A stretch of 63,954 bases of DNA, the filler included, from Octopus bimaculoides (lineage: Eukaryota), in assembly GCF_001194135.2 (NCBI RefSeq). It is 6 parts of 4 records of this genome, joined end to end, with 100 filler letters (N's around TTAATTAATTAA, not from the genome) between each part and the next. Parts side by side here need not be neighbours in the genome. Positions count along the whole stretch, not along the records: positions 20,401 to 44,760 come from NC_068981.1; 5 more parts are not named here. One strand, 5' to 3'. The notes under the pieces are model-generated. The model was not told the origin of the DNA. It did not search any database and saw nothing but the letters and a program-made list of their open reading frames with translations. This document shows positions 27,776 to 39,254 of this stretch, piece by piece. A program made the translations under genes and the position numbers. Positions within the stretch are counted from its first letter, which is position 1; the number at the start of each line of letters is the position of its first letter.

Positions 27776-27997
27776 CATCATCATCGTTTAACGTCCGCTT
27801 TCCATGCTAGCATGGGTTGGACGATTTGACTGAGGACTGGTGAAACCGGATGGCAACACCAGGCTCCAGTCTGATTTGGCAGAGTTTCTACAGCTGGATG
27901 CCCTTCCTAACGCCAACCACTCAGAGAGTGTAGTGGGTGCTTTTACGTGTCACCCGCACGAAAACGGCCACGCTCGAAATGGTGTCTTTTATGTGCC
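27776..27997 (-). mobile_element. Family D short retroposon (RTE-type 3' end, (GAT)n tail), young copy
   Basis: Identical by eye to 49970-50181 over about 210 bp; runs into a gap. Confidence 0.88.
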
Positions 27998-28203
27998 NNN
28001 NNNNNNNNNNNNNNNNNNNNNNNNNNNNNNNNNNNNNNNNNNNNNNNNNNNNNNNNNNNNNNNNNNNNNNNNNNNNNNNNNNNNNNNNNNNNNNNNNNNN
28101 NNNNNNNNNNNNNNNNNNNNNNNNNNNNNNNNNNNNNNNNNNNNNNNNNNNNNNNNNNNNNNNNNNNNNNNNNNNNNNNNNNNNNNNNNNNNNNNNNNNN
28201 NNT

Positions 28204-28405
28204 TCATTACCAACCCGGCTGAAACCACCTCTGGCTCTGAGTACAAATATCTTGTTTTCCTTAGGTTTGAATTAAAATCTTCCACCAAACCTTAGTCACA
28301 ATTTATGTTCCTAACAGTAGCTTAATGATAACCAAGTTATTTTACTAAATTCTTTGTTATATTTAAAGTAATTGAGCATCTCAAAATAAATACAGTAATG
28401 AAAGT
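28204..28405. mobile_element. Non-autonomous DNA element fragment (MITE-like)
   Basis: AT-rich segment TTACCAACCCGGCTGAAACC...AAATACAGTAATGAAAG recognised as a recurrent repeat; related segment at 49315-49440; termini degenerate. Confidence 0.35.
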
Positions 28406-28714
28406 ATCCATTTTCCTCTCAGGTGTCACTATCAATGTTAGTATGATGAAAAAGGTCTGGAGAAACTGAAAAGATTTTAAAATGGATGTGAGATATCTAC
28501 TGTATACAAGAGGTAAAATAAGAACAGATTCTTCCAAGAAGGTAACAGTTATTTGGTGACTAGAATAGGCATATGTTTACTGGAAAATAGTGTTATATAT
28601 TCTGAGAGGTAAGAATATGTGAGAGAATAATTAAGCTTAGCTTAGTTGCACACAACATGACAGTGGGTGACTTTAATGGATGGATATACTGGGCAACATA
28701 ATAGTAGTTTCAAA

Positions 28715-28920
28715 TTTTGGTACGTAGCCAGTAAGTTCGGGAGAGGAGACAAGCTGATTATATCAACTCCAGTACTCAACTGGTACCTATTTTATTGACC
28801 CTGAAAGGATGAAAGATAAAGTAGACCATGGCAGAAATTGAACTCAAAATGTAATGACAGACAAAATGCTGCTGAGCATTTTGCATGGTGTGCTAATGAT
28901 TCTGCCAGCTTGATGTCTTA
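28715..28920 (-). mobile_element. tRNA-derived SINE, family A (CpG-decayed copy)
   Basis: Homologous to the 10961 and 54087 copies; their CpGs appear here mostly as TG/CA. Confidence 0.85.
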
Positions 28921-28984
28921 TTGGGCAACATAATAATAGCTACTCTTTCATACATGAAAACTGTTGACATCATACAAGGAATGA

Positions 28985-29790
28985 ATACGGATTAAAGCTT
29001 TGGAGTTCTGGGATACAAATAATGCAACTATTTGTACCACTGATTTTAGGAAACTTGACAGCTACCAGGTCACCTACAAATTTGGAAAATGCATAAGGTA
29101 GTTAGTCATACCCACTATGAAATGGGATAGACAAATAGTTTGTGAATACTTTCCCTAGTGAAGAATGTACCACTTGACATAGTCAAAAGTTAGATGGCAT
29201 TAAATACACTAGGCAATCTAGAGAATAAAAGTATGGAAGCTGAAGGATCCTGCAGTCAAATATAAAATGAAGGAAGCACGAGTTGCCACATTTGACTAAA
29301 AGCGGACAATGAAATTTTTCTGAAAAACCTGCTATATGCTACAGCCAGATATGTTGATGAAATAGCATGTGACTTGGTGGTGGAATGCTGCAGTTGATAG
29401 AAAGGAGGGAGTATAGAATAGTATCAAGCTACTAAAAGTGAGGTACACTAAGCATAGATGGGAAGCTAAAATTAAGTGGTTTGCCAATGTTCTTAGACAA
29501 GAGTATCAGAGACGTATGAAGTGATCTGGATTGCAAGTAGTGTGTCAGTGAGAATCAAGTCACTGGGAGTAAATTATGTACAGAGTGATAGCATTGCACT
29601 TATTGCTGGTACTAAGAAAAATGAGGAAAGGATAAGCTGTCACAAGTTGCTGAACGTGAAGAATGCATACAGAGAAAAGAGATGAACATAGCTAGATGTT
29701 TAATGTTAGCGCATATAAATGGATTGAGCACAAATGAGCTGATAGAAAAAACATGGTTTAAAATAGCAATCAGATGTGATACACACAGGA
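28985..29790 (+). mobile_element. RTE LINE relic (AP-endonuclease C-terminal region onward)
   Basis: DTNNATICTTDFRKLDSYQVTY, TFPSEECTT and KVWKLKDPAV motifs; heavily decayed. Confidence 0.65.
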
Positions 29791-30169
29791 AAAGATTGTG
29801 CTCATATAAACATTTGATGGGTCAGAACCAGTAAAAAAAGGTTACCTCAGCAGATGACCAAGCTCTGCAACAAGTATTCAGATATTGTATGAGAGATGTA
29901 CCCAACACATGCAAGCACAGAAAATGGATGTGTGCATATATATATATATATGCATTTGTATGTATGCATATACATGCTTGCATATATATGTATATGTATG
30001 CATATATATATCTTACATATGTATGTATGCATATATCCAGACACCTATGTATTATCGTATCTATCATCACACACATTTACTTATATCTATATATGCACAC
30101 ATACAGATAGGCATGTAGATACACAGATATGTATGTGTATGAATCAAATCATCATAAATTTATATGCAT

Positions 30170-31660
30170 TTTCTAATGGTCCCTTGTCATTCCCTTCATG
30201 AAGTTGGGCTTCTGATATCAGTCCACATCATTTTCTCCCAGTGTTTTCGTCTCTCGGATTGTTCAACATTTCTATACCCAACAGTCACCCTTCATATGTG
30301 TCCTTTCTCTATACTAACTCAGTATTCTCTCTTGCTCACTACAGCTGATTCTTCTTGTACCTATTTGCACTCCATTGTTTATGCACATTAGCATTATTCA
30401 GTCAAGGAAGCATGCTTGCCTCATTACTTTATGACCTTTGCACATCAGTTACATTTAAAGTGTGATACTGCTACTATGTAGCATTGCACTTTGTATGCAA
30501 GCATCATGCAATCTGCATTTTACATGTAAAAAACATCCCTTTGTTACCAGTTCGATTATTATATCCTTGAACTTTTCTTTTTATCCCTTTCTTACTTCAG
30601 ATATTATTATGCTTTCTGTGCAGCCTCCTCCATTACAGTTTAAGTCATGTAGATAAGAGAAAGTATTAACTAGATCGGTAGATTTTTCTCTGTCAGTCTG
30701 TACTGCTACAGTATCTCTTGCACATTCACACCTTATATTAGGTACACTGTGTAGAAATCCTACCATTTCCATTTATTGACCATGGCCACTTCCCAGGTTT
30801 ACACAGTTTTGAATCCCTAATATCTTTTCTTACTAATTTAAAAGTCTCACACTTTTTCATTTGATTCAGCTACAAGAATTAAGTTGTTTGCATGCAGTCA
30901 ACCAGTCCTGAACTCCTCTGTTTTGGTCCGAGGTATTATAGTAAACTGTATGAGTATAAGAATGAAGCCCTGATGTACATCTACCTGCTACCAAATTCCA
31001 TATTGACCTCAATGATAATTTTTACCTTGCTGACAGCATCTCTGTTCAAAGCTTGCATGGTTCTCTTAAGCCATTTATCTTGACCTCCAGACAACAGAGC
31101 ATGATGCTTTGTCAATGAGTACTAGATGTTTGGGCTTGCACTTAGTTAACAACTTCTAAACAGTTGTTTCAGTAGTGTCAGTAGTAACCGCCCCTGGCAC
31201 AAACCCAAATTGTAACTCATCTAAGTAATTTTGTTCCCCCTTAGCTTTCCTATAACTCTTCCCATAGGATCACAACTTGGTCCTTCAATTGTCCTCTGTA
31301 GTCATTTCTTTCAGAAGCAGCTTGTTTATCTTTGTAACAGTTGAGGATGATACTTTTACACCAGTCATTGTCGATGTCTCCTTCTTTGCTCTATCTAATA
31401 GAACATGTGAATGACTAAGGTATGCCCTACTTCTTAAGTTTTTGAGTATTTTCAGTGCCAACTGTGTCTAGTGGTTTGACTAGTTTCAAAGCCTTCATAT
31501 GCTTAATGGCTCTTTCAATAATACAGCTGTAAAATCTTTCATTCACCTTTCATAGTAACATTTCTTTCATTCTTCATCAGTGAGGGTAACTGCACTGCTA
31601 TCATACCATACACACTTTTCACCAACAATATTTGTATGTTTGTACATATATTTATCCCTA
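30170..31660 (-). mobile_element. RTE LINE relic (RT and C-terminal region)
   Basis: Reverse complement homologous to 39255-40500; many stops. Confidence 0.7.
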
Positions 31661-31904
31661 TGCCACACCCAAAGACTCACCACTGTGTTGGACCTATGGT
31701 TTATATTGGATTTGGTACTTGCATATTTATGGTGTCCTACCAACACTTAATGTCTTCAATGTTGTTTATTTCACTGTAAGCTCTGTTATCATACCAAGCC
31801 ATCTGGCGTTTTATGAGTTGATGTGTCTTGATTATTCTCAAGAATCCTTATAACAAAATCATATATATATATATATTACGGAACTTATTTTAACATGTTA
31901 TATC

Positions 31905-32020
31905 TATTTGTCACCTGAAGAGACACATCTGCACCGCTGGATGCTCTTGAACCAGTTGTCAAGTATCCCACCCATGAGGGATCAATGCTAGATGTGTTGA
32001 AACAATTGTTGTGATTAATA
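31905..32020 (+). ncRNA. Type I hammerhead ribozyme motif with extended branched stem II
   Basis: Stem I TATTTGTCAC/GTGATTAATA (9 of 10 pairs); core CTGAAGA at 31915-31921; stem II G-ACACATCT...AGATGTGT-T; GAAA at 31999-32002; palindromic stem III AACAATTGTT; predicted cleavage after GUU at 32010. Confidence 0.75.
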
Positions 32021-32719
32021 AAAATTCTCATATCTTCCATCTTTCATTTACCATGCATATATATACATACATATATATATATAATATATATGTATGCATA
32101 TGTGCATATATATAAGTATGCATATTTGATACATTGATGTGTAATCTAGAACAAGTTATGCCTGTGATTCCCTCATTGCAGAACATCAACAAATCTCTTA
32201 ATTCCATCTTATTTTACTAAGAATACCTTACATCTAGCTTTTTTTCCCTCGTTATCTAATATTGTTCTTTACCATGTTTTTCTTTCATTCTTTCCAGGTC
32301 AGTCTTTCAGCTTTTATAGCTCTATCTACTTCACCACTAACTTCTACCTAGTTTGAAGCTTGACTTTTATGTTATAAGTCTTCATCATCTCATTTTAGCT
32401 GTAGGTATCAACTAACCTAATATTTCTCAGAACTTAGATATAGCTAAAGGATATTTTCATCTCCCATAGCTTCCTACTCCAGACTGTCTTGTGCCTCTGA
32501 GTCTGTTTAATTTTTATTTTCCATACCACTAATCACTGGTCTGTTGAGTGATTATAGGTAAGTTCACTGCCATCAATTCATCATGAAGAAAGTTGACTGT
32601 GAGGAAAGTTCACCGAGAAAATATATCCATAGTATCTCACCATTAATAGTTAAAAACTATTTTATTGAAAAAATAAGGTAACTTAATGACAGTGTCCCTG
32701 CAGTGAATTGATAACAGTG

Positions 32720-32990
32720 AACTTACTGGACATGCTATTGAGTGGTGCATTCTTCACTTGGAAAGACTTGGTACTTGCAACTATTTGCCCATCTCATTTC
32801 CTGGTTAATATGATGTTCAGGTGATCAGATGACTGTTGGGTTTCCTGAAGCTAGTGTTACAAATAGTTTGATCATTTACATCACAGAACTCCAAGAGCCT
32901 TGACCTCTCTTCATTCCTTGTACCATATCTATAACCACCTTTTACATCAGAGTAGCCAACTTGGTATTTCCAATATACCCATTAGAGTTA
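32720..32990 (-). mobile_element. RTE endonuclease fragment, probably the 5' part of the 30170-31660 element
   Basis: Minus frame RLLEFCDVNDQTICNTSFRKP and FPSEECTTQ. Confidence 0.65.
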
Positions 32991-33879
32991 CCAGCTGTGA
33001 TAATGTACTATGGAGGTATTTCACAAAAAAAAAACAAAAAAAAAAAACTCGCAGAATGTCCTTTTACTCACCACTAAGTTCTGATTATAGTACATATTTA
33101 AAGATCACAGTTTCTTATTGTGTTACCTACAACTGGTTGAAGCTTACTTATTTCTTTTACTCTTAATTACTAAGTCCATTTTCTATATACAATATGTCTT
33201 TACTTTACCCATCCAGAAAAATATCTACCTTGTTCCTTGCCTGCAAAGAATCCAGCTGAAGCTCCCATGAACATACCCCTTGTAAACATCTAATCTCATT
33301 ACTCTAGCAACTTAAAAATCATTCTGCACCTATCGTTCATACCAAAGTTGGTAGTGACATTTCTGAAGTTTTGCATCTGTCAGGAAGAGCTTTATATAGA
33401 CATACACAGATGTACACACACAACACACTCACACACTCATTCATTTATTCATTCACTCACTCACTCACTCACCATGACTTGATTTTCAGGCTTGGTTGTT
33501 TGGTTAAGAAGTTTGTTTCACAAGCACATGGTTTCCAATGTGATATTATTGCATGTCATCTTGGGCTAATGTCTTCATAGACTCTGATTGACTGAAATTG
33601 GTAAGCTAAAGCTGTGGAAGTCCATTTTATATATTAGATAAACAGATGAATTCAATAAATGGCCCAATAAAAATAAACTAACGCAAAGTACCCAAATTTT
33701 CACTCTTATCACCAAGTTCTATAAACATAAACACTTGATCACAAGAAATAACCAACAAAGAGGCACCAAAATAGAGGTACTGAATACACAAACAAGAAAC
33801 TGTAACCACACCAACAAATATGAATAAACCACCGCATCAAGTTACAATAGCTTTTACCTAAAAATTGCAGTTGTTTGAA

Positions 33880-35430
33880 AGTTCAGTCATGACAAGCTTA
33901 TACAAGGATCAAAGAATTGGTGACATCTGGCTCAGGAAGAGTATTTTTTCTTTATGCTGAGGTGGAACGAGCAAAACTTATTGATTTTTAGCAAAAAATT
34001 TTGTTTGCTCAAGCAGATTGATATTACAGTGGCCTCACCTGGAATTGCTGCTTCTTTGCTTACATGTAGTAGGACTGCTCATTATACTTTTACGTTACCA
34101 GTCAAACTTGTGCACAGATAGTCTTATGTGCAATGTTGGCAAATGATCTAGGCAGGCAGATGTTCTGAAGCAGGCCAGGCTAAAAGTAAGAGTGCACAAT
34201 GTCACACAGACTTGCATTTTTAAGGCATCATGCTCACTTTAGGTGTCACTAACATCACGAATGAAGTTATATTATAGTCTTGCTGTCCGATGATTTTTGG
34301 CAAATTATGCTAGTCATCCTGCAGCTGAGTTGATAGCATACCCCAAAGAAATATATGTTTGATGAGAGGTAAAAGTTCATCTTTCTGCTAACATGAACGC
34401 TGCTCATTATAGTGATATCGCCACATTGTACTTTGCAAAAGTTTTACTTTTGTGAGGGACAATGATTAGTAATCTGTTGATTCTGAAAGTGATGTCAACA
34501 TGCTAAGAAAACAAAAAAAAAATTTTGAATATTCTTCAATGTGTTTTGAGAAATTTTATCCTGGCTTCTGAAAGTGACATTGTACTGGATATAATACCAC
34601 TGTTATCCATCATGTGCCAATCCAATTCATACAGCATAAATCAGTTCACACAGAACCTGACATTTATGATGCTGCCAACTTTTCAACAGAATTTATTGAT
34701 TCTCTTTAGCACTAGTGTCCCTCTTCACAATCTGCTACAAAATTTGGATACAAAATCTACACTAAAACTATGTAATGATTCAAAATGCTCAGACACTTAT
34801 GCTGCATTTGATCAGAGTCGAAGTCTCTATTTGGACTGGTTGTTCTAAGGGAGATATCTACCTTTCACACATTTACCCCATCCCATCAGACATACTATTT
34901 CTATTCAAGTTCTTTCAGTTTCCAGTGACACTCTCTTTGCCTCTGATCATCAACAACTCTCAGAAGCAGTTGGTCAGAATTGCTAGTATTAAGCTGACAA
35001 GTCTATGTTTCCCTCATGGTCAGCTCCATGCAGATAGCTTTTTATCTGAGCACCAAACCACAGAACAAGAAACGTTGTCTCCCCAGATCTCTTGCTGAAT
35101 GAAACACTTTTCTTCGTAAAAATGTGTCTGCTTTATGCATTGCATATCAGTTTAGAATTACACGAAAAAGTAAAACAAATAGGTAGGATTTTCTTAAGCC
35201 ACACATTTAAAATTATCAATAAACACAGCCTTGAAGGTTTCATACTTCATAGAAACCTGAAAAATTTTGAATTGAGGCATGTCTGTGTATTACTATAAAC
35301 AAATATTCAGAAATAATTACTTAGAAAAAGTATTGCATACCACTTTGCTTTAAGTCAAATCACTTCAGTTTAACAAATAGAAAAGTTTCTACATATTACA
35401 CACTTGGACAATATCCAGTATCTCTGCTAG
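33880..35430 (+). mobile_element. Helitron relic: PIF1-family helicase region plus 3' terminus
   Basis: GRVFFLYA.GGTSKTY (Walker A region), VASPGIAASLLTCSRTAHYTFTLP, AANFSTEFIDSL, IWTGCSKGD...IPSDILFLFKFFQFPV...INNSQ...CFPHGQLH; ends GGACAATATCC-AGTATCTCTG-CTAG|T at 35427-35430. Confidence 0.88.
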
Positions 35431-35539
35431 TGTGTGTGTGTATGTAATATATATATATGTAATAGCATGAAACATGGACGTTAAATGATGATGATGATAT
35501 ATATAGTATATATGTGTTATATACGTAATACACCCATAC

Positions 35540-35965
35540 ACAGGTCACTTTACATTCATTTTCCTACACTGGCCTGTTTTGGATAGTTTTCTGAAGTACA
35601 TCATCTTCCTACTTGTTGCTATCTATTGTTATCTCATTCATGAAGTCCAGTTTCCTGAAATCAAACTTCACCACTTTTCATATCCTTCTCTAGTGCTGGT
35701 TTCTTCTGTCATTTTTCATGTTCATTACATATCCACTCCAGAGTAGTCTTCTATCTTGCACACTACAGCTGATGTTTTTTTAAAATTTTTTTTTTATTCT
35801 CTCTCTGTTCATTGCATGCTTTGTCATTCATTCATGCTCATGTTTCACTACCATGCAATATCACACTTTGTACACAAGCATCATACAATTTACGCTTTGT
35901 TCAAAGAGAGAAGTCCTATGTTGCAAACAAAATACTAGTTTTTGGAATTTTTCCTTACTTTGGTT
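35540..35965 (-). mobile_element. RTE LINE 3' relic
   Basis: Reverse-complement similarity to 39900-40450. Confidence 0.6.
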
Positions 35966-36199
35966 ATTATGTTTTGACAACATCCTACTTTATTGTTAAT
36001 TAGGTCATCTAAATAACAAGCTGTCAACTATTTCTTGTGGACTTTTGAAAATGGTGTCTTTTAATATAAAATTGAAAGATTTCATCTTGTTTGTGGTCTT
36101 ACAGTACTTTTTGTGTACCAGTTGTTTACATTATGTACCTACTGTATTTTCTGGCATAAAAAGTCCATATATGTCTTCAAACATCATTACCATCTTTTC

Positions 36200-36425
36200 A
36201 ATTCTTCAGCATTTAAACTGACCATATCTGGTCCAAATATTTTGACTGTTTTATGTTCAAACCAGCCAGATCTGATCTCTCACATCTACCCTACTATGTC
36301 ATTCTAAAAATGTGACAATCACATTATTGAACTATGGAGCTACAAGATAATACCTAATTAATTCAAAACAATGTGAATAAATAAGCTTTACATTTGACAG
36401 AAAAATTTGAATACCTAAGGGTTAA
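36200..36425. mobile_element. piggyBac-like MITE (right end AGGG|TTAA)
   Basis: Right terminus ATACCTAAGGGTTAA; left terminus degenerate (TTCTTCAGCATT). Confidence 0.4.
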
Positions 36426-37742
36426 ATATTGCTGCATTTCACATAGAATCTTTGGTCCTCCAAAGTTATCTAAGTTAAACCTTTTTTTTTTTTTACACTA
36501 AATTTTAGTCTGAAAAATTTAACTTCTGTTGGAAAATACAGTGCTCCTTTTCAGAATATTGAGAATGGCTATTCCTCTGTTAGAAATAATGTTGTTTTCT
36601 TTCATGCTAAAACTTTCACTTTTGCTAAATTAACTTATAGACCTCTTGATTCACTTTTGTTAGTTTAACTTGTAGGCCTCAGAACTATTTTTTTGACTGA
36701 TTTGGCTGAGAAAAATGGGTCATTGACAAACAGGAGCTTTCAAGAGCAGACAATCTTAAACCTTTCTGTTATGGCCTTCTGAACTATAATAAACATGATG
36801 GAGCTTCAACAGCTAAACCTTCATTGACACCTAACTGCAAGCTAAATTTCTCACTGAACTTATTCCTGTCACCATGGTGATAGCACTTATGTACATGACT
36901 TGCAACCACCAGATTGTAGAGTGTAATATTGTCAAAAGCTTTTTACTGGCCATTGGATGGTGCTCTCCCTTCTTTTAGTATATAAATGCATTTTTAACCA
37001 AAATTATTAATTGAAATTATGATTGTATTTGTCAGAGTGTAATTGAATTCATTAAAAACTCTTCAACATTGTCAGGTCCATTGGCCAACCTACTTGGTTT
37101 GAAGCAACTTGGAGATGTTCTTACACTTGGTGTATATATGTATGTAGTGAGGAGCCTGGTAAAATGAAAAGCTGTATTTTATTTTTTGCATTGTTAAGAC
37201 TTTCTGCTCTCTTTCTCTAATTTATACCATCATCATTTAACTTTCACTTTTCCCTGCTTGCATGGGTCAAACAGTATTTGTTGAGGCAGATTTTCAACAG
37301 TTGAACATAATTCATGTCNNNNNNNNNNNNNNNNNNNNNNNNNNNNNNNNNNNNNNNNNNNNNNNNNNNNNNNNNNNNNNNNNNNNNNNNNNNNNNNNNN
37401 NNNNNNNNNNNNNNNNNNNNNNNNNNNNNNNNNNNNNNNNNNNNNNNNNNNNNNNNNNNNNNNNNNNNNNNNNNNNNNNNNNNNNNNNNNNNNNNNNNNN
37501 NNNNNNNNNNNNNNNNNNNNNNNNNNNNNNNNNNNNNNNNNNNNNNNNNNNNNNNNNNNNNNNNNNNNNNNNNNNNNNNNNNNNNNNNNNNNNNNNNNNN
37601 NNNNNNNNNNNNNNNNNNNNNNNNNNNNNNNNNNNNNNNNNNNNNNNNNNNNNNNNNNNNNNNNNNNNNNNNNNNNNNNNNNNNNNNNNNNNNNNNNNNN
37701 NNNNNNNNNNNNNNNNNNNNNNNNNNNNNNNNNNNNNNNNNN

Positions 37743-37773
<31 letters not shown>

Positions 37774-37884
37774 GTATATATATAATGCTAGCAGTAAAAT
37801 CTGTCATTGATCAGGTAATTACTTTTACTGTTTATCTAGAGCCACATTGAATGTATTATTATATGTATAATTTACTCCTCCTGT

Positions 37885-38054
37885 CATCATCATCGTCATT
37901 TAACGTCCGCTTTCCATGCTAGCATGGGTTGAATGATTTGACTGAGGACTAGTGAAACCAGATGGCTATACCAGGCTCCAATCTGATTTGGCAGAGTTTC
38001 TACAGCTGGATGCCCTTCCTAATGCCAACCACTCCGAGAGTGTAGTAGGTGCTT
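37885..38054 (-). mobile_element. Family D retroposon, truncated and CpG-decayed
   Basis: Homologous to the 27776 copy with CG-to-TG/CA changes. Confidence 0.85.
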
Positions 38055-38104
38055 GTGTACATTTTTAGAAGAGAAAACTATGTAATAATTGAAGTAGAAG
38101 AAAG

Positions 38105-38414
38105 ATCAATATCATTTTTCTTGGCTATCTGTTTGCAGTTTCTTGTGTTGTTTCTTGCATACAATGTGATGCTTTTCGAAGACAATTAGCTGTAAGTTAT
38201 GCATGTCTTTCATCTTCATTTTCTGCTGCACATCGAGTTGCCATTCTTTGTTTGCAAGTCGTGCATTTCGTTGATGTTCAGTTTCAGATGCACGTTGAGC
38301 TTTCTTTCTCTGTCGCTGATCTTCAAGTCATGTGCATGTCTTATCTTTGTTTTCTGATGCACATCATGCATTTGCTTGATGTTCGTTTTGTGACGGTCTT
38401 TTTATATGAGACAT
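38105..38414 (-). mobile_element. Helitron N-terminal relic with STPR-like charged repeats
   Basis: MSHIKRPSQNEHQANA*CASENKDKTCT*LEDQRQRKKAQRASETEHQRNARLANKE; both TGA stops sit where CGA (Arg) fits the repeat. Confidence 0.55.
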
Positions 38415-39254
38415 TGTTTTGATAATACATATCAGTAAGTAATAGTTAAATGAAATTTGGACACTGTGTTACAGTAATGCAAGGAGAATAGGTATATCAT
38501 ATAGAAAAGTAGTTTAAGGGAATGAGAAATGTTTTTGATAAGGAATATCAGTAAGTTGTAGTGAAATGAAAGTACAAATGATGTGTAAATATCAGTAAGT
38601 AATAGTTAAATGAATTTACAAATGCTGAATGGTGTCAGTGTTTTTGCTGAAATTCCGACGCTATATTACAGTAATGCAAAGGAAGGGCGTTGTGTTGTTG
38701 TCTTTTTGTTGGTGTGTTGATGATTTTTGTTTCACTGTGAATTTGTGTCTGTTTGTGTATGGCTTCACTGTCAGATTGTCTCTGCTTATGTGAAAGAAAT
38801 TTGTATATTTATATCTGAACGGAGAAGTTAGAAAAATAGGTTTATCTGAAACATAAATGAATACACATGTGTGTGTGTGTGTGTGTTCTTTTAGAGAGAG
38901 AGAGAAAGAGAGACACAGATAAAAAAATAGCAGCGCCATTTCTTTAGAGTTCTGCTCTGCTGGTGGAAGTGAACAAAACACCCACTCTTATAATTTGTTA
39001 TCTTTTCTTTCTTTTCACCATTTATTTGTTTCAGTCATTAGATTATGGCCATGCTGGGGTGCCACCTTNNNNNNNNNNTTATTTGTTTCAGTCATTAGAT
39101 TATGGCCATGCTGGGGTGCCACCTTGAAGAAATTTTAGTTGGACGTATTGACCCCCAGAGTTTTTTTTTTATTTTTACTTGCTGCAGTCATTAGAGAGAG
39201 AGATTGACTGTGTTTAATTGTGCAGAACAGACCATCCTTGAATAAATATATATA

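Noticed and set aside
27826-27850. CTGAGGA-CTGGT-GAAAC in family D as a hammerhead core
   Set aside because: No stem II pairing and no stem I or III complement; chance match on the antisense strand.
32299-32820. Candidate exons after TTCCAG and CCTGCAG acceptors
   Set aside because: The first has stops in all frames; the second overlaps the antisense of an RTE endonuclease relic.
39020-39125. Duplicated SINE tail
   Set aside because: Identical copies either side of a 10-N gap; assembly overlap artefact.
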